Source: a virus
Taxonomy: Duplodnaviria > Caudoviricetes
DNA length: 64,000 nucleotides
Direction: 5' to 3' (one strand)
Virus record (IMG/VR): IMGVR_UViG_2866816733_000004
Span: 1-64,000 of that record
Below, piece after piece: positions 46,653 through 55,864 of this stretch (position 1 is the first letter of the stretch; the number at the start of each line of letters is the position of its first letter). The notes beneath the pieces were generated by a model. It was not told the origin of the DNA and ran no database searches. It worked only from the letters and a program-made list of their open reading frames with translations. A program made the translations under genes and the position numbers.

Positions 46653-47244
46653 CATTGAACGGCGCCTCGGACGGGGACTCACCGCGCCCGAGGCCGCACG
46701 AGTTGCTGCGCTTCTGGACGACGCTTCGGCGCTGGTCCGCGCCTACACAGGGCAGGCGTTCGAACTGGTCGAGGACGATGAGGTGGTGCTGCGCGCGTCC
46801 GGCGGGGCCATCGTCCTGCCGCAGCGGCCCGTTTCGGCGGTCTCGTCTGTGGTCGCGGTCGGAGGGTCTGAAGCCCTTCCCGACTTCACCGTTGTGGACT
46901 GGATGTTCGACGAGATCGACACGATCCGGATTGGTGAGGGTGCCTGCGTCATCAACCTGCCCGAGGTGTGGTGGGACGACGACGGCTACCCCGGCACTTA
47001 CCGGGTCACCTACTCCCACGGCTACGCGGCGGTGCCCGGCGATGTGCTGAGCGTCGTGTGCGGGGTCCTGATGCGGTCTTTCGGGAACCCGCAAGGGTTG
47101 CGGAGCGAGACGGTCGGGTCGTACTCCATCACCTACGCGGTCCCCGCCACCGGCGAAGCCCTCGGCCTCAACCTGACCCGCTACGAGCAGAGGGCCCTGG
47201 ACCGGTACCGGCGGAAGGCCGCCACGATCAGGGTGACCCGCTGA
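46627..47244 (+). CDS. Head-tail adaptor
   Basis: LAS.ADIE.RLGR.LT..E..R...LL.DAS, LPQRPV, VTYSHGY, ETVGSYS. Confidence 0.82.
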   Translation: MSALASQADIERRLGRGLTAPEAARVAALLDDASALVRAYTGQAFELVEDDEVVLRASGGAIVLPQRPVSAVSSVVAVGGSEALPDFTVVDWMFDEIDTIRIGEGACVINLPEVWWDDDGYPGTYRVTYSHGYAAVPGDVLSVVCGVLMRSFGNPQGLRSETVGSYSITYAVPATGEALGLNLTRYEQRALDRYRRKAATIRVTR

Positions 47245-47558
47245 TGCTCGGCCCGCACACCGTCACGGTTCGACGCCCGGCAGGCAGGGACGGGTGGGGG
47301 AACACTGTCGCCGGCGCCGCCGAGACCCCTGTCCCCGGATGCTTCTGGCAGCCGGTGTCGACCGATGAGCAGCTCAACGCCGCGGACACCGTCACCGTCG
47401 TCGCCCGGGTGTTCATGCCACCCGCAGCGGACGTGAAGGCCACTGACCGCATCCGGTTCGAGGGCCGCGACTACGCCATCGAGGGACGCCCCGAACTGCA
47501 CCACACCCCAGCAGGCCCGCACCACTACGAGGTCAACCTCAAAGAGATCGAGGGGTGA
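47244..47558 (+). CDS. Head closure/stopper protein
   Basis: TVTVRRP...D.WGN, DV.ATDR...G.DY.IEG.P. Confidence 0.8.
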   Translation: MLGPHTVTVRRPAGRDGWGNTVAGAAETPVPGCFWQPVSTDEQLNAADTVTVVARVFMPPAADVKATDRIRFEGRDYAIEGRPELHHTPAGPHHYEVNLKEIEG

Positions 47559-47562
47559 ACCG

Positions 47563-47877
47563 ATGGCCAGTGCCAAGATCCGCTACGAGATGAACTTCGC
47601 GGGCCTCGGCAAGATCATGAGGGGGAAGCAGATGGAGGCGATGCTGCGCGGCGAAGCCCAGAAGGGCAAGCAGTACGCCGAACTCATCGCCCCCGTCGAG
47701 ACCGGCGACTACAAGTCACGGTTCCGGGTGTCGTCGGCGCCACGCGGCGCCGGCCGGTGGGCAGACCGCGCCGCCGGCTACCTCCACAACGACTCCGACC
47801 ATGCCCTGCATGTGGAGTACACCGACGACTACCGGACCCTCGGTGTCGTCGCCAGCATCATCGAAACCGGCCTCTGA
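47563..47877 (+). CDS. Neck protein (HK97 gp10-like)
   Basis: APVETG.Y, HALHVEY; position. Confidence 0.75.
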   Translation: MASAKIRYEMNFAGLGKIMRGKQMEAMLRGEAQKGKQYAELIAPVETGDYKSRFRVSSAPRGAGRWADRAAGYLHNDSDHALHVEYTDDYRTLGVVASIIETGL

Positions 47878-47878
47878 C

Positions 47879-48271
47879 GTGCCGGTCCTCGCCGCGTGGC
47901 CACCCGCCGCGCGGATCGTCGGAGCGGTCGTCGACGACGTCGGAACGGTGGTCGGGGAGACCGGAACCGACCTCCTCGTCCTGCTGCAGGGCGGGCAGCG
48001 TGTGATCCGCGTCAGGCGGATCGGCGGCACCGACGACCGCGTCACTGACATCGCCCGGATCGACGTCCGCGTGTACGCGGTCGACCTGTCGAACGCGGAG
48101 GTCGGCTCGGAGTCAGTGCGGCAGTGCCTGCTGTCCGGGCCGGTCGCGACGGCCCATGGTGTCCTCGACCGCGCCGAGACCGAGGTCGGCCCGCAAGAGG
48201 TGCCGAGCCCGGACCCGGAGAACTACCGCGTCGTGTCCGCCACCTACCGGGTCAGCGTGCGACGCCGCTGA
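47879..48271 (+). CDS. Tail terminator protein
   Basis: VRRIGG.DD..TD...IDV; position before major tail. Confidence 0.75.
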   Translation: MPVLAAWPPAARIVGAVVDDVGTVVGETGTDLLVLLQGGQRVIRVRRIGGTDDRVTDIARIDVRVYAVDLSNAEVGSESVRQCLLSGPVATAHGVLDRAETEVGPQEVPSPDPENYRVVSATYRVSVRRR

Positions 48272-48352
48272 CCTTCTTCTCTCGACTAGGCCCGCCAGCC
48301 TGTCCAGCCCCGCAAGCGGGGCCATTCGTGTCCCGCAAAGAGAGGGATCCTC

Positions 48353-49024
48353 GTGGCTGGTTCTGCCTACGACGACATTCAGCAGCGGAACGCCGCGCTG
48401 ATCTTCAAGGCCCTGCAGGGGTCGGTGTTCACCGCGCCGTCCACCGCAGCGGCCATCACCAACCTCACCGACTCCGGTGACAAGCTCCTGAAGGCGCTGC
48501 CCACCGGATACGAGGATGTCGGCTGGACGTCCGATGACGGCGCCCAGTTCGGCCGCGACGTCGACACTTCCGACATCACCGGCTGGGGCAGCGTGGAGCC
48601 GCTGCGGTCCGACGTCAACTCCGATGTGACGACGTTGCAGATCGCGTGCCTGGAGACCAAGAAGGCCACAATCGGGCTGTACACGGGCGCGGACATGGCC
48701 GCTGCGACCCCGGATCCTGTGTCCGGTGAGCTCAGCATCGAGAAGCCGGCCCGTCCCTCGTTCCGCTACTACCGGGTCATCGCGATTGCGGTGGACCTCA
48801 CCGACGACGGCGAATACTACGTCGCACGGTTCCTCCCGCGCGCCCGCGTCACCGACTTCGATGAGCAGGCGATGCAGTCCAGCGACGACAGCCCTCTGAC
48901 CTGGGCCGTCACCCTCACCTCGTACCAGGACGCCACGCTCGGCTACAGCGAGCGGTACATCTTCGGTGGGCCGGGCTGGGCGACGCGCTTGGCCTCGATG
49001 GGCTTCGACGCCCTCGCCAGCTGA
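48353..49024 (+). CDS. Major tail (tube) protein
   Basis: LP.GY.DVGW..DDG, WG..EP.RSD, LET, LPRA.VT, GGPGW. Confidence 0.88.
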   Translation: MAGSAYDDIQQRNAALIFKALQGSVFTAPSTAAAITNLTDSGDKLLKALPTGYEDVGWTSDDGAQFGRDVDTSDITGWGSVEPLRSDVNSDVTTLQIACLETKKATIGLYTGADMAAATPDPVSGELSIEKPARPSFRYYRVIAIAVDLTDDGEYYVARFLPRARVTDFDEQAMQSSDDSPLTWAVTLTSYQDATLGYSERYIFGGPGWATRLASMGFDALAS

Positions 49025-49103
49025 TCGTCGCGGCGGCCGGGCAGAGCTGGCGGGCCCCCGGCCGCCGCGACATCCAGGCCCGCCGCCGAGCCAGGAGAAG
49101 CCG

Positions 49104-49277
49104 ATGGCGTCCACGCCTGCCTACCCGGTGTACCGCAGCCCCGACGGCAAGTCGGAACAGATCGCGTCTACGCCAGCGCGGGAGGTGCAGCTCAAGCATG
49201 CCGGGTGGCGCAAGGTCACCCAGCCCAGGAGGAAGACCGATGCCCGCCAGCATAAGCCCGCGCCCGCGGGCGAGTAG
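49104..49277 (+). CDS. Small basic hypothetical protein
   Basis: SD AGGAG; SPDG...EV.L...GW. Confidence 0.55.
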   Translation: MASTPAYPVYRSPDGKSEQIASTPAREVQLKHAGWRKVTQPRRKTDARQHKPAPAGE

Positions 49278-49296
49278 ATCACGGAAGGCCCGCCGC

Positions 49297-49572
49297 ATGC
49301 CCAGCAAGAAGTACCAGCTCGACAAGTACCGCAACGAGGCTGTGAAGCCCGACTTCGAAATCGTGGTCGACGCGGAGACCAGCATCCTCATCAGGATGCC
49401 GACGGTGGATGAGGTCATCGACCTCAACGACATCACCGACATCCGCGCGCAGCTGCAGATCCTGGCGAAGGACCAGTACGAACGGCTGATGGAGGTCATC
49501 AGCGACGACCCGGGCGCGATGCTGCAGCCGCTGATGAACGACATGCTGAAGCACTTCGGCCTGGGGAAATAA
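49297..49572 (+). CDS. Tail assembly chaperone (G)
   Basis: Position; ends CTG GGG AAA TAA. Confidence 0.82.
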   Translation: MPSKKYQLDKYRNEAVKPDFEIVVDAETSILIRMPTVDEVIDLNDITDIRAQLQILAKDQYERLMEVISDDPGAMLQPLMNDMLKHFGLGK

Positions 49573-50021
49573 CGAAGGTCGCTGACCTGATCGACAGGTA
49601 CGGCGACGCGATCCGCTACGACCTGCGCCATGAACTCGGCGTCGACATGCTCGACTTCTTCCGCGGCTCCCTGTCCGCTGAGGCGATCCTCGACTTCCTC
49701 CAGCACCTGCCGTCTACGTCGGCGTACAGCGCCGCGCTGGCTGAGGACGAGGACCTGGCGAAGGAACTGCTGGACGAGCCCGACAGGGCGCCGAGCCCGC
49801 CGCGGCTCACCGAGTTCGGCCCCGAGGTCCAGGCCCTCGCAGAGGTCCGTGACCTGCTGGCCTCCGTCCTCGCGGTGCTGGTGAAGGCGAACGGCGGGAA
49901 GCCGCAGAAGCCCAAGCCGTATCCCCGGCCGGTGACGGCGCTGCAGAAGTTGAAGCGGCGAATGCGGTACTCGCGGCACCTGGACGTGGTTCGTCGCGTC
50001 CTGCCGGGCCGTTCCTCCTGA
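49563..50021 (+). CDS. Tail assembly chaperone extension (T), reached by -1 frameshift
   Basis: -1 frame open from GGGGAAA: LIDRYGDAIRYDL...LP..S.Y..AL..D...PYPRP. Confidence 0.78.
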   Translation, partial: GEITKVADLIDRYGDAIRYDLRHELGVDMLDFFRGSLSAEAILDFLQHLPSTSAYSAALAEDEDLAKELLDEPDRAPSPPRLTEFGPEVQALAEVRDLLASVLAVLVKANGGKPQKPKPYPRPVTALQKLKRRMRYSRHLDVVRRVLPGRSS

Positions 50022-50087
50022 TCTTTGTGAGGCTTTCGGTCTCCTCCCTGAAGGGTGCCCTGGGTCGGGCAGGGAGGAGCGCCTGCC

Positions 50088-53000
50088 GTGGCTGTCGAAG
50101 TGGGCGGCGCGTTCATCTCCGTCCGCCCTGACCTCAAGGGCTTCCATACCAAGATCAAGACCGAGTTGCGGTCGATGGCGCCGTCGATGGTGTCGATCGG
50201 CCGTGAGTGGGGGACCGCGCTCCAGCGGGGGATCAAGGAGAAGCTCACCCCGATCGAGGTTCGCCTCGAAGCTGGCGCAACGGCCGCCCAACTGGCCACG
50301 TTGAATCGGGCCGTCGACAAGCTCGACGGCCGGGTCATCAACATTCAGGTCAACGCTGATGTGTCCGCTGCGGCGGCGCGCCTGGTGTCATTCGAGCAGA
50401 CTCTGTCGCGACTGGACGGCCGCAAGGTCAACGTCCAGATCAACGTCGACATGGCTGGCGCGGTCAGCGAACTGCTCGCGTTGGAGCAGGTTCTGGCCAG
50501 AATCGATGGCCGCCGCGTCAGCGTGCAGGTCGACGTTCAGATCGCGGGCGCTCTCGCCCAACTCGCCGCAGTGCGAGGCGCGGTCACGAACATCGACAAC
50601 CGCCGCACGATCAACATCGATGTCGATATCGGGTCGGCGATGGCCGGCCTTGGTGCGCTGCGCGCAGCGCTGATCGGCCTCGCTGTGGTGGCATCGCCGG
50701 CCCTGGTGGGGATCGGTGCCGGTGTTGTGGGTCTAGCTGGCCCGCTTGCTGCGGCGGGCGCGGGTTTCGCGGGGTTCGGGGCGGTGGCGCTGCCGGCGAT
50801 CAGCCACGTTTCCAAGGCACTGCAGCAGGAGAAGCAGGCCAGTCAGCAGTCTGCCGCCGCGTCGGGTCAGGCGGCGCAGCAGGCGTTCGCGGCTGCGTCG
50901 GCGCGGCAGCAGTTGGCGTCAGCGGTCCGCAACGCCGCGTACGCCCATCAGCAGGCCGTGGATCAGGTGCGGCAGGCCGAGCAGCAGTATCAGCAGGCGC
51001 TTCAGGGTGAGGCGGAAGCGCAGCGGGCGGTGACGCAGGCGCGGCTCGCGGCGCGCCGCGCGATCGAGGATCTACACAACCAGGTCGCCAGCGCCCGGCT
51101 GGGGTTGGAGGAGGCGCGGCTCGGGGTCGAGCAGTCCCGGGCGGCGTGGGACCAGATGGCCGCGGCGGCGAAGGCCGCCGCCGACAAGGTCGCGTCCGCT
51201 CAGTCGGCGCTGGCAGCCGCGCAAGCCGCGCAGGCGACGGTGCTGGGGAACCCCGCTGCGACGGACGCGGCGAAGAAGCAGGCCCAAACCGGCGTCGACG
51301 CCGCCCAGCAAGCGCTGAAGAACGCCCAGGCCCAGAAGAAGGCCGCCGATTTGGCGGCGCGGCAGGCCGAGCTGAACTACCGGCAGTCGATCCAGCGGGT
51401 GAAGGAGCAACAGCTTCAGCTGCGGCGGCTGGAGCAAGACGAGAGGTCCGCGTCCAAGGCCGGGGTTGAGGGGTCGGACCAGGTCAGGCAGGCACGGCAG
51501 CGTCTCGCGCAAGCCAACCAGCAGATCGCCAGCAGCGAACTTGCGTTGCGGCGGGCGCGGGAGAACGTCACCCGCACTGATCAGCAGTCTGCGGATCAAA
51601 TCGCGTCGGCGCGGCGGGCGCTGGCGCAGGCGACGTCGCAGGCGGCGGCGTCGACGGGCGCGCTCGGGCAGCAGCTGGTGAAGCTGACGCCGCTGGAGCG
51701 CCAGCTCGCGAACGCATGGAAAGACCTGACCGCGGTGTTCGGGGCATGGTCGAAGAGCCTGCAGCCGGCTGTCATCCCGGCACTGATCAAGGGCATCGGG
51801 TTCCTCAAGGCACTGCTGCCCACCTTCACGCCGATCGTGAAGGGCGCCGCGGCGGGGATCGGGACGCTGTTCGACCGAGCGACGCAGGCGGCGAAGTCGC
51901 CATTCTGGGCACAGTTCTCGCAGTTCCTGGGGCAGTCCGCCGGTCCGGCGATCTTGGGGCTCGGGTCGCTGCTGGGGAACCTCCTCAAGAGCCTCGCCGG
52001 GCTGGCTCAGTCGTTCGCGCCGATCGGGTTCGCGTTCCTGCAAGTCCTCAACGCGATCGCGGCACGGTTCGCGGCGTTCACCACGGGGCTGGCGAACAAC
52101 CCGGCCTTCCAAGCCTTCACCAAGCAGTTCATTGCGCTGGCGCCGCTGATGGCGCAGACGTTCATCAGCCTCGGCAGTCTTCTCGGTTCGCTGTTCGCAG
52201 CGCTCGCCCCGGCGCTACAGCCGATCCTCGGACTGATCAACACGCTGGCGTCGTCGCTGGCGGGTGTCCTGCGACAGGCCGGGCCAGCGATCGCTTCGGT
52301 GTTCTCCGCGCTCGGCTCCGGACTGTCCGCAGTGATCGTTGCGCTCGCGCCGGTGGTGACGCAGCTGGTGCAGGCGCTCGCACCGCTCCTCGTCCAACTG
52401 ATCAACGGGCTGAAGCCCATCCTGATCTCGCTCGTTCCCGTGCTCGGGCAGATCATTTCCGGTCTCGCCCCGGTCATCTCGGCTCTGCTGTCGGGGCTGC
52501 AGCCCGCGATCCAGTCGCTTGTGCCTGTGGTGTCGCTGCTGGTCGGCGCGATCGCGAAGATCCTGTTCGCGTTGGCGCCGGTGCTGCCTCTGGTCGGCCA
52601 GTTCATCGCACAGCTCGTCGCGGGCCTAATGCCGGTCCTGACGCCGATCGTGAACGCGATCGCGTTGATGGCGCAGCAGATCGCCGGAACGCTCATTCAG
52701 GCGCTTCAACAGTCCGCGCCAGCCCTCCAGCAGATGCTGCTGGCGGTTGCGAGTCTGCTTCCCGAACTGCTGCCGCTGGTGCCGTTGTGGGCCGAGTGGT
52801 TCAAGGCGATCGCTCCGCTGCTGCCGGTCATCATCCAGCTGGCCGCGGTGATCGTGCAGGCACTCGTGCCCGTCCTTCGCATCGCCATCAAGATCGTCGT
52901 CTGGTACTGGACGACGATCGCGCACCTGCTGCTACCGGTGTTCCGGCTGCTCGTCACCGTGATCACGTGGGTCGCGGGGATCCTCACGCCGATCATCCAG

Positions 53001-54977
53001 GCGATCGGGTGGCTGATCCGCGGCATCGGTACCGCCGCGATGTTCGTGTGGAACATCATCAAGATCGCGTTCGCGGGGATCGTGTTCGCCGCGAAGATCC
53101 TCGCCGCCGTGATCTTCGTGGTGGTCGTCGCGCCGCTATTGATCGCTTTCAAGCTCCTGCAGATCGCCTTGATGGCGCTCTGGCAGCACGTGTTCGTGCC
53201 CGCCTGGCACGGCATCTCCTGGGCCGCGCAGCAGGCATGGAAGCTCCTGCAGCCGCTATTCGGGCTGATCCGGGCAGGAATGCGGCTCCTTGGCTCTGTC
53301 ATGTCCTGGCTCTGGCGCAACATCGCCGTCCCCACCTGGAACGGCATCCGCGCCGCGATCAGCGTCGCATGGGGGGCCATCCGCGGAATCTTCAACGCCG
53401 TCGTGGGGTTCCTCCGCGTCACCCTCGGCCCGATCTTCACCTGGCTGCGCGACAAGGTCATCCGCCCGGTCTGGAACGCGGTCGGCTCTGTCATCAGGGC
53501 CGCGTGGACCGGAGCGATCCGCCCCACCTTCGACGCGGTCAAAAACGCGGTCGGGAAGGTCCGCGACGCGTTCAAGACCGCGGTCGACGGAATCGGCCGC
53601 ATCTGGGACGGCCTGAAGAAGATCACCAAGGGACCCGTCCAGTTCGTTGTCAACACGGTCTACAACAAGGGCATCCGGGCGGCGTGGAACACCATCGCCG
53701 GCCTGGTGAAGCTCCCTGGCCTCCCGGAACTGAAGTTCGCGGCCGGCGGTGTCGTCCCGGGCGGCGCCTACGGAGTACTGCCCGGCTACGCGCCAGGCCG
53801 GGACACGATGCTCGCGGCGGTGTCGCCGGGCGAGGCATGGATCCGGCCCGACGCCACGCGTGCCCTCGGGTCGAACTTCATCTACGGCCTGAACGCCGCG
53901 GCGGCGTCCGGAGGGACTACCGCCGCAGCGCGGTTCCTGTCGCAGGCGGGCGGCCCGCAGTTCGCGTTCGGCGGCATCGTCGGGAAGATCAAGGACGCTG
54001 TCGGCGGCGCGAAGAACCTGGTCGTGAAGGGCGCCTCGGACCTGCTGTCCAAGGGCGCGTCTTTCGCCGCCCGCAAGATCCTCGACCCGATCCTCGGGCA
54101 GCTCAACGAGGTCGCTGGCGACTCCAACTGGGTCAAGGCGATGACCCGGCTGCCGCGGCGGATGATCGACGGGTTCATCGGCTGGCTCAAGAAGGCCATC
54201 GACCCCAAGCTCGGCGGCGACGCCACCGGGGTCGTCGCGGCGGCGAAGAAGTACCTGGGTGTCGGTGACGACCGTGGCCGTGACAACGACAACCCGTTCA
54301 CCCGCCACTACGGGTGGCCGGCCGGTACGCCGTGGTGCGCGCTCTTCGCCTCGAAGGCGATCGAGGACGCGCACGCCACCAAGAAGTACTCGGGCGCACC
54401 CACCGCCGCGGTCGCCACGTTCAACGCGCAGATGCAACACGTTCCTGTCTCCGCAGGCCGCCCAGGTGACTTGGCGACCTACCGCGGGAACGGGCACGTC
54501 AACATCATCGAGAAGAAGGCCGCTGGCGGCTACATGACCATCGGCGGCAACCAAGGGCCCAAGGTCAACCGGTACGTGCGTGGCGGGCAGACCGCTGTGC
54601 TGCGTCCGAAGTTCGCGACCGGCGGGATCGTGCCGAGCATGGCGCGGCAGGTGTTCGGCAAGGAGTGGCTGCACGCCGACGACCCGGCCGACCGGCGAGA
54701 CCCGCTCGCCGCGATGTACAACCAGCTCGTCCGTCCGACCCTGTTCGACACCGGCGGTTGGCTCCCGCCCGGAGTCAGCACCGTCGCGAACTTCACCGGA
54801 CGTCCCGAGGCCGTACTCACCGACGGGCAACTCCGCCGCATCACCGCGGCGGAGGGCCGCGGCGACAGGCACGTGTCGGTCATGGACCACGCAACCGTGG
54901 TCGTGCAGGACCCGGTCGACATCGACATGCTCGCGCAGCGGCAAGAGTTCGCCGCCCGCAGCGCCTCCTTCGGATGA
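50088..54977 (+). CDS. Tape measure protein with C-terminal CHAP-like domain
   Basis: VGGAFISVRP start, long helical/W-periodic repeats, TPWCALF...GHV.I...TIGGNQ. Confidence 0.92.
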   Translation: MAVEVGGAFISVRPDLKGFHTKIKTELRSMAPSMVSIGREWGTALQRGIKEKLTPIEVRLEAGATAAQLATLNRAVDKLDGRVINIQVNADVSAAAARLVSFEQTLSRLDGRKVNVQINVDMAGAVSELLALEQVLARIDGRRVSVQVDVQIAGALAQLAAVRGAVTNIDNRRTINIDVDIGSAMAGLGALRAALIGLAVVASPALVGIGAGVVGLAGPLAAAGAGFAGFGAVALPAISHVSKALQQEKQASQQSAAASGQAAQQAFAAASARQQLASAVRNAAYAHQQAVDQVRQAEQQYQQALQGEAEAQRAVTQARLAARRAIEDLHNQVASARLGLEEARLGVEQSRAAWDQMAAAAKAAADKVASAQSALAAAQAAQATVLGNPAATDAAKKQAQTGVDAAQQALKNAQAQKKAADLAARQAELNYRQSIQRVKEQQLQLRRLEQDERSASKAGVEGSDQVRQARQRLAQANQQIASSELALRRARENVTRTDQQSADQIASARRALAQATSQAAASTGALGQQLVKLTPLERQLANAWKDLTAVFGAWSKSLQPAVIPALIKGIGFLKALLPTFTPIVKGAAAGIGTLFDRATQAAKSPFWAQFSQFLGQSAGPAILGLGSLLGNLLKSLAGLAQSFAPIGFAFLQVLNAIAARFAAFTTGLANNPAFQAFTKQFIALAPLMAQTFISLGSLLGSLFAALAPALQPILGLINTLASSLAGVLRQAGPAIASVFSALGSGLSAVIVALAPVVTQLVQALAPLLVQLINGLKPILISLVPVLGQIISGLAPVISALLSGLQPAIQSLVPVVSLLVGAIAKILFALAPVLPLVGQFIAQLVAGLMPVLTPIVNAIALMAQQIAGTLIQALQQSAPALQQMLLAVASLLPELLPLVPLWAEWFKAIAPLLPVIIQLAAVIVQALVPVLRIAIKIVVWYWTTIAHLLLPVFRLLVTVITWVAGILTPIIQAIGWLIRGIGTAAMFVWNIIKIAFAGIVFAAKILAAVIFVVVVAPLLIAFKLLQIALMALWQHVFVPAWHGISWAAQQAWKLLQPLFGLIRAGMRLLGSVMSWLWRNIAVPTWNGIRAAISVAWGAIRGIFNAVVGFLRVTLGPIFTWLRDKVIRPVWNAVGSVIRAAWTGAIRPTFDAVKNAVGKVRDAFKTAVDGIGRIWDGLKKITKGPVQFVVNTVYNKGIRAAWNTIAGLVKLPGLPELKFAAGGVVPGGAYGVLPGYAPGRDTMLAAVSPGEAWIRPDATRALGSNFIYGLNAAAASGGTTAAARFLSQAGGPQFAFGGIVGKIKDAVGGAKNLVVKGASDLLSKGASFAARKILDPILGQLNEVAGDSNWVKAMTRLPRRMIDGFIGWLKKAIDPKLGGDATGVVAAAKKYLGVGDDRGRDNDNPFTRHYGWPAGTPWCALFASKAIEDAHATKKYSGAPTAAVATFNAQMQHVPVSAGRPGDLATYRGNGHVNIIEKKAAGGYMTIGGNQGPKVNRYVRGGQTAVLRPKFATGGIVPSMARQVFGKEWLHADDPADRRDPLAAMYNQLVRPTLFDTGGWLPPGVSTVANFTGRPEAVLTDGQLRRITAAEGRGDRHVSVMDHATVVVQDPVDIDMLAQRQEFAARSASFG

Positions 54978-54990
54978 GGGGAGCGGCGCT

Positions 54991-55854
54991 GTGAAGACCG
55001 CGGTGCGGCTTGTCGACGGCGCGCGGCAGCTGAACCTGCACCCCTCTCTCGATTACATCCCGCAAAAGCTCAGTGTGACCTCACCGCCGGTGCGTGAAGC
55101 CACCGAGCCCCGGACCGACGACGACGGGGAGCGCGACTCCACGACCCTGTTCGGCGGCCGCGCGGTGTCGCTTGAAGTCGTGGTCGTCGACGAGCAGGTC
55201 GACTGCGAGGTTCTCCTCGACCAGCTCAAACAGTTCCTGCATCCCCGCAGCAGGCCGTACCTGTATGTCACCGATGACGGCTGGTCGCAGGAGCGGCGGA
55301 TCCGGCTGCGCGTCGACCAGTGGGACGAACCCTACGAGGGATACAAGGCGTCACAGTCACGGCCGGTGCAACTGCAGTGGAAGGCGCCCGACGGGATCTG
55401 GGAGGCCGTCGCCACGGTCGAGGAGACCGTGAACGCCGACCTCGCCGGCGACCCGGTCGGGTTCACCTTCCCGGTGACCTTCCCGGTGACGGCGACGGCG
55501 ACGATGTCGGCTGGCGCGTCCACGGTCGTCAACCTCGGTGGCGTCCCGTCGCACTTCAGCGCCCTGCTGTACGGCCCCTGCACAGGTCCGCGGCTGATCA
55601 ACGAGACGACCGGTGAGCAGATCGCCTTCACCGAGTCGCTAGTGCTTGGCCCGGGGGAGTACGTGGAGATCGCCACGCGGGAGCGGACCGCGTGGCTGAA
55701 CTCCGAAACCAGCCAGTCACGGCTGAACTTCATCGATTTCGACTCCACGTCCTGGTGGCGGATCGAGCCGGGCGACCAGCAGATCCGTTACGCGCCGCTC
55801 GACACGGCGGGTGCAGCCGCTGCCGTCATTACCTACCGGCCCGCGTGGCTATGA
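54991..55854 (+). CDS. Distal tail (Dit-like) protein
   Basis: Follows TMP; W.APD, F.FP..FP, N.G, GP...P.L.N.TTG. Confidence 0.8.
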   Translation: MKTAVRLVDGARQLNLHPSLDYIPQKLSVTSPPVREATEPRTDDDGERDSTTLFGGRAVSLEVVVVDEQVDCEVLLDQLKQFLHPRSRPYLYVTDDGWSQERRIRLRVDQWDEPYEGYKASQSRPVQLQWKAPDGIWEAVATVEETVNADLAGDPVGFTFPVTFPVTATATMSAGASTVVNLGGVPSHFSALLYGPCTGPRLINETTGEQIAFTESLVLGPGEYVEIATRERTAWLNSETSQSRLNFIDFDSTSWWRIEPGDQQIRYAPLDTAGAAAAVITYRPAWL

Positions 55855-55864
55855 GGAGGACGCC

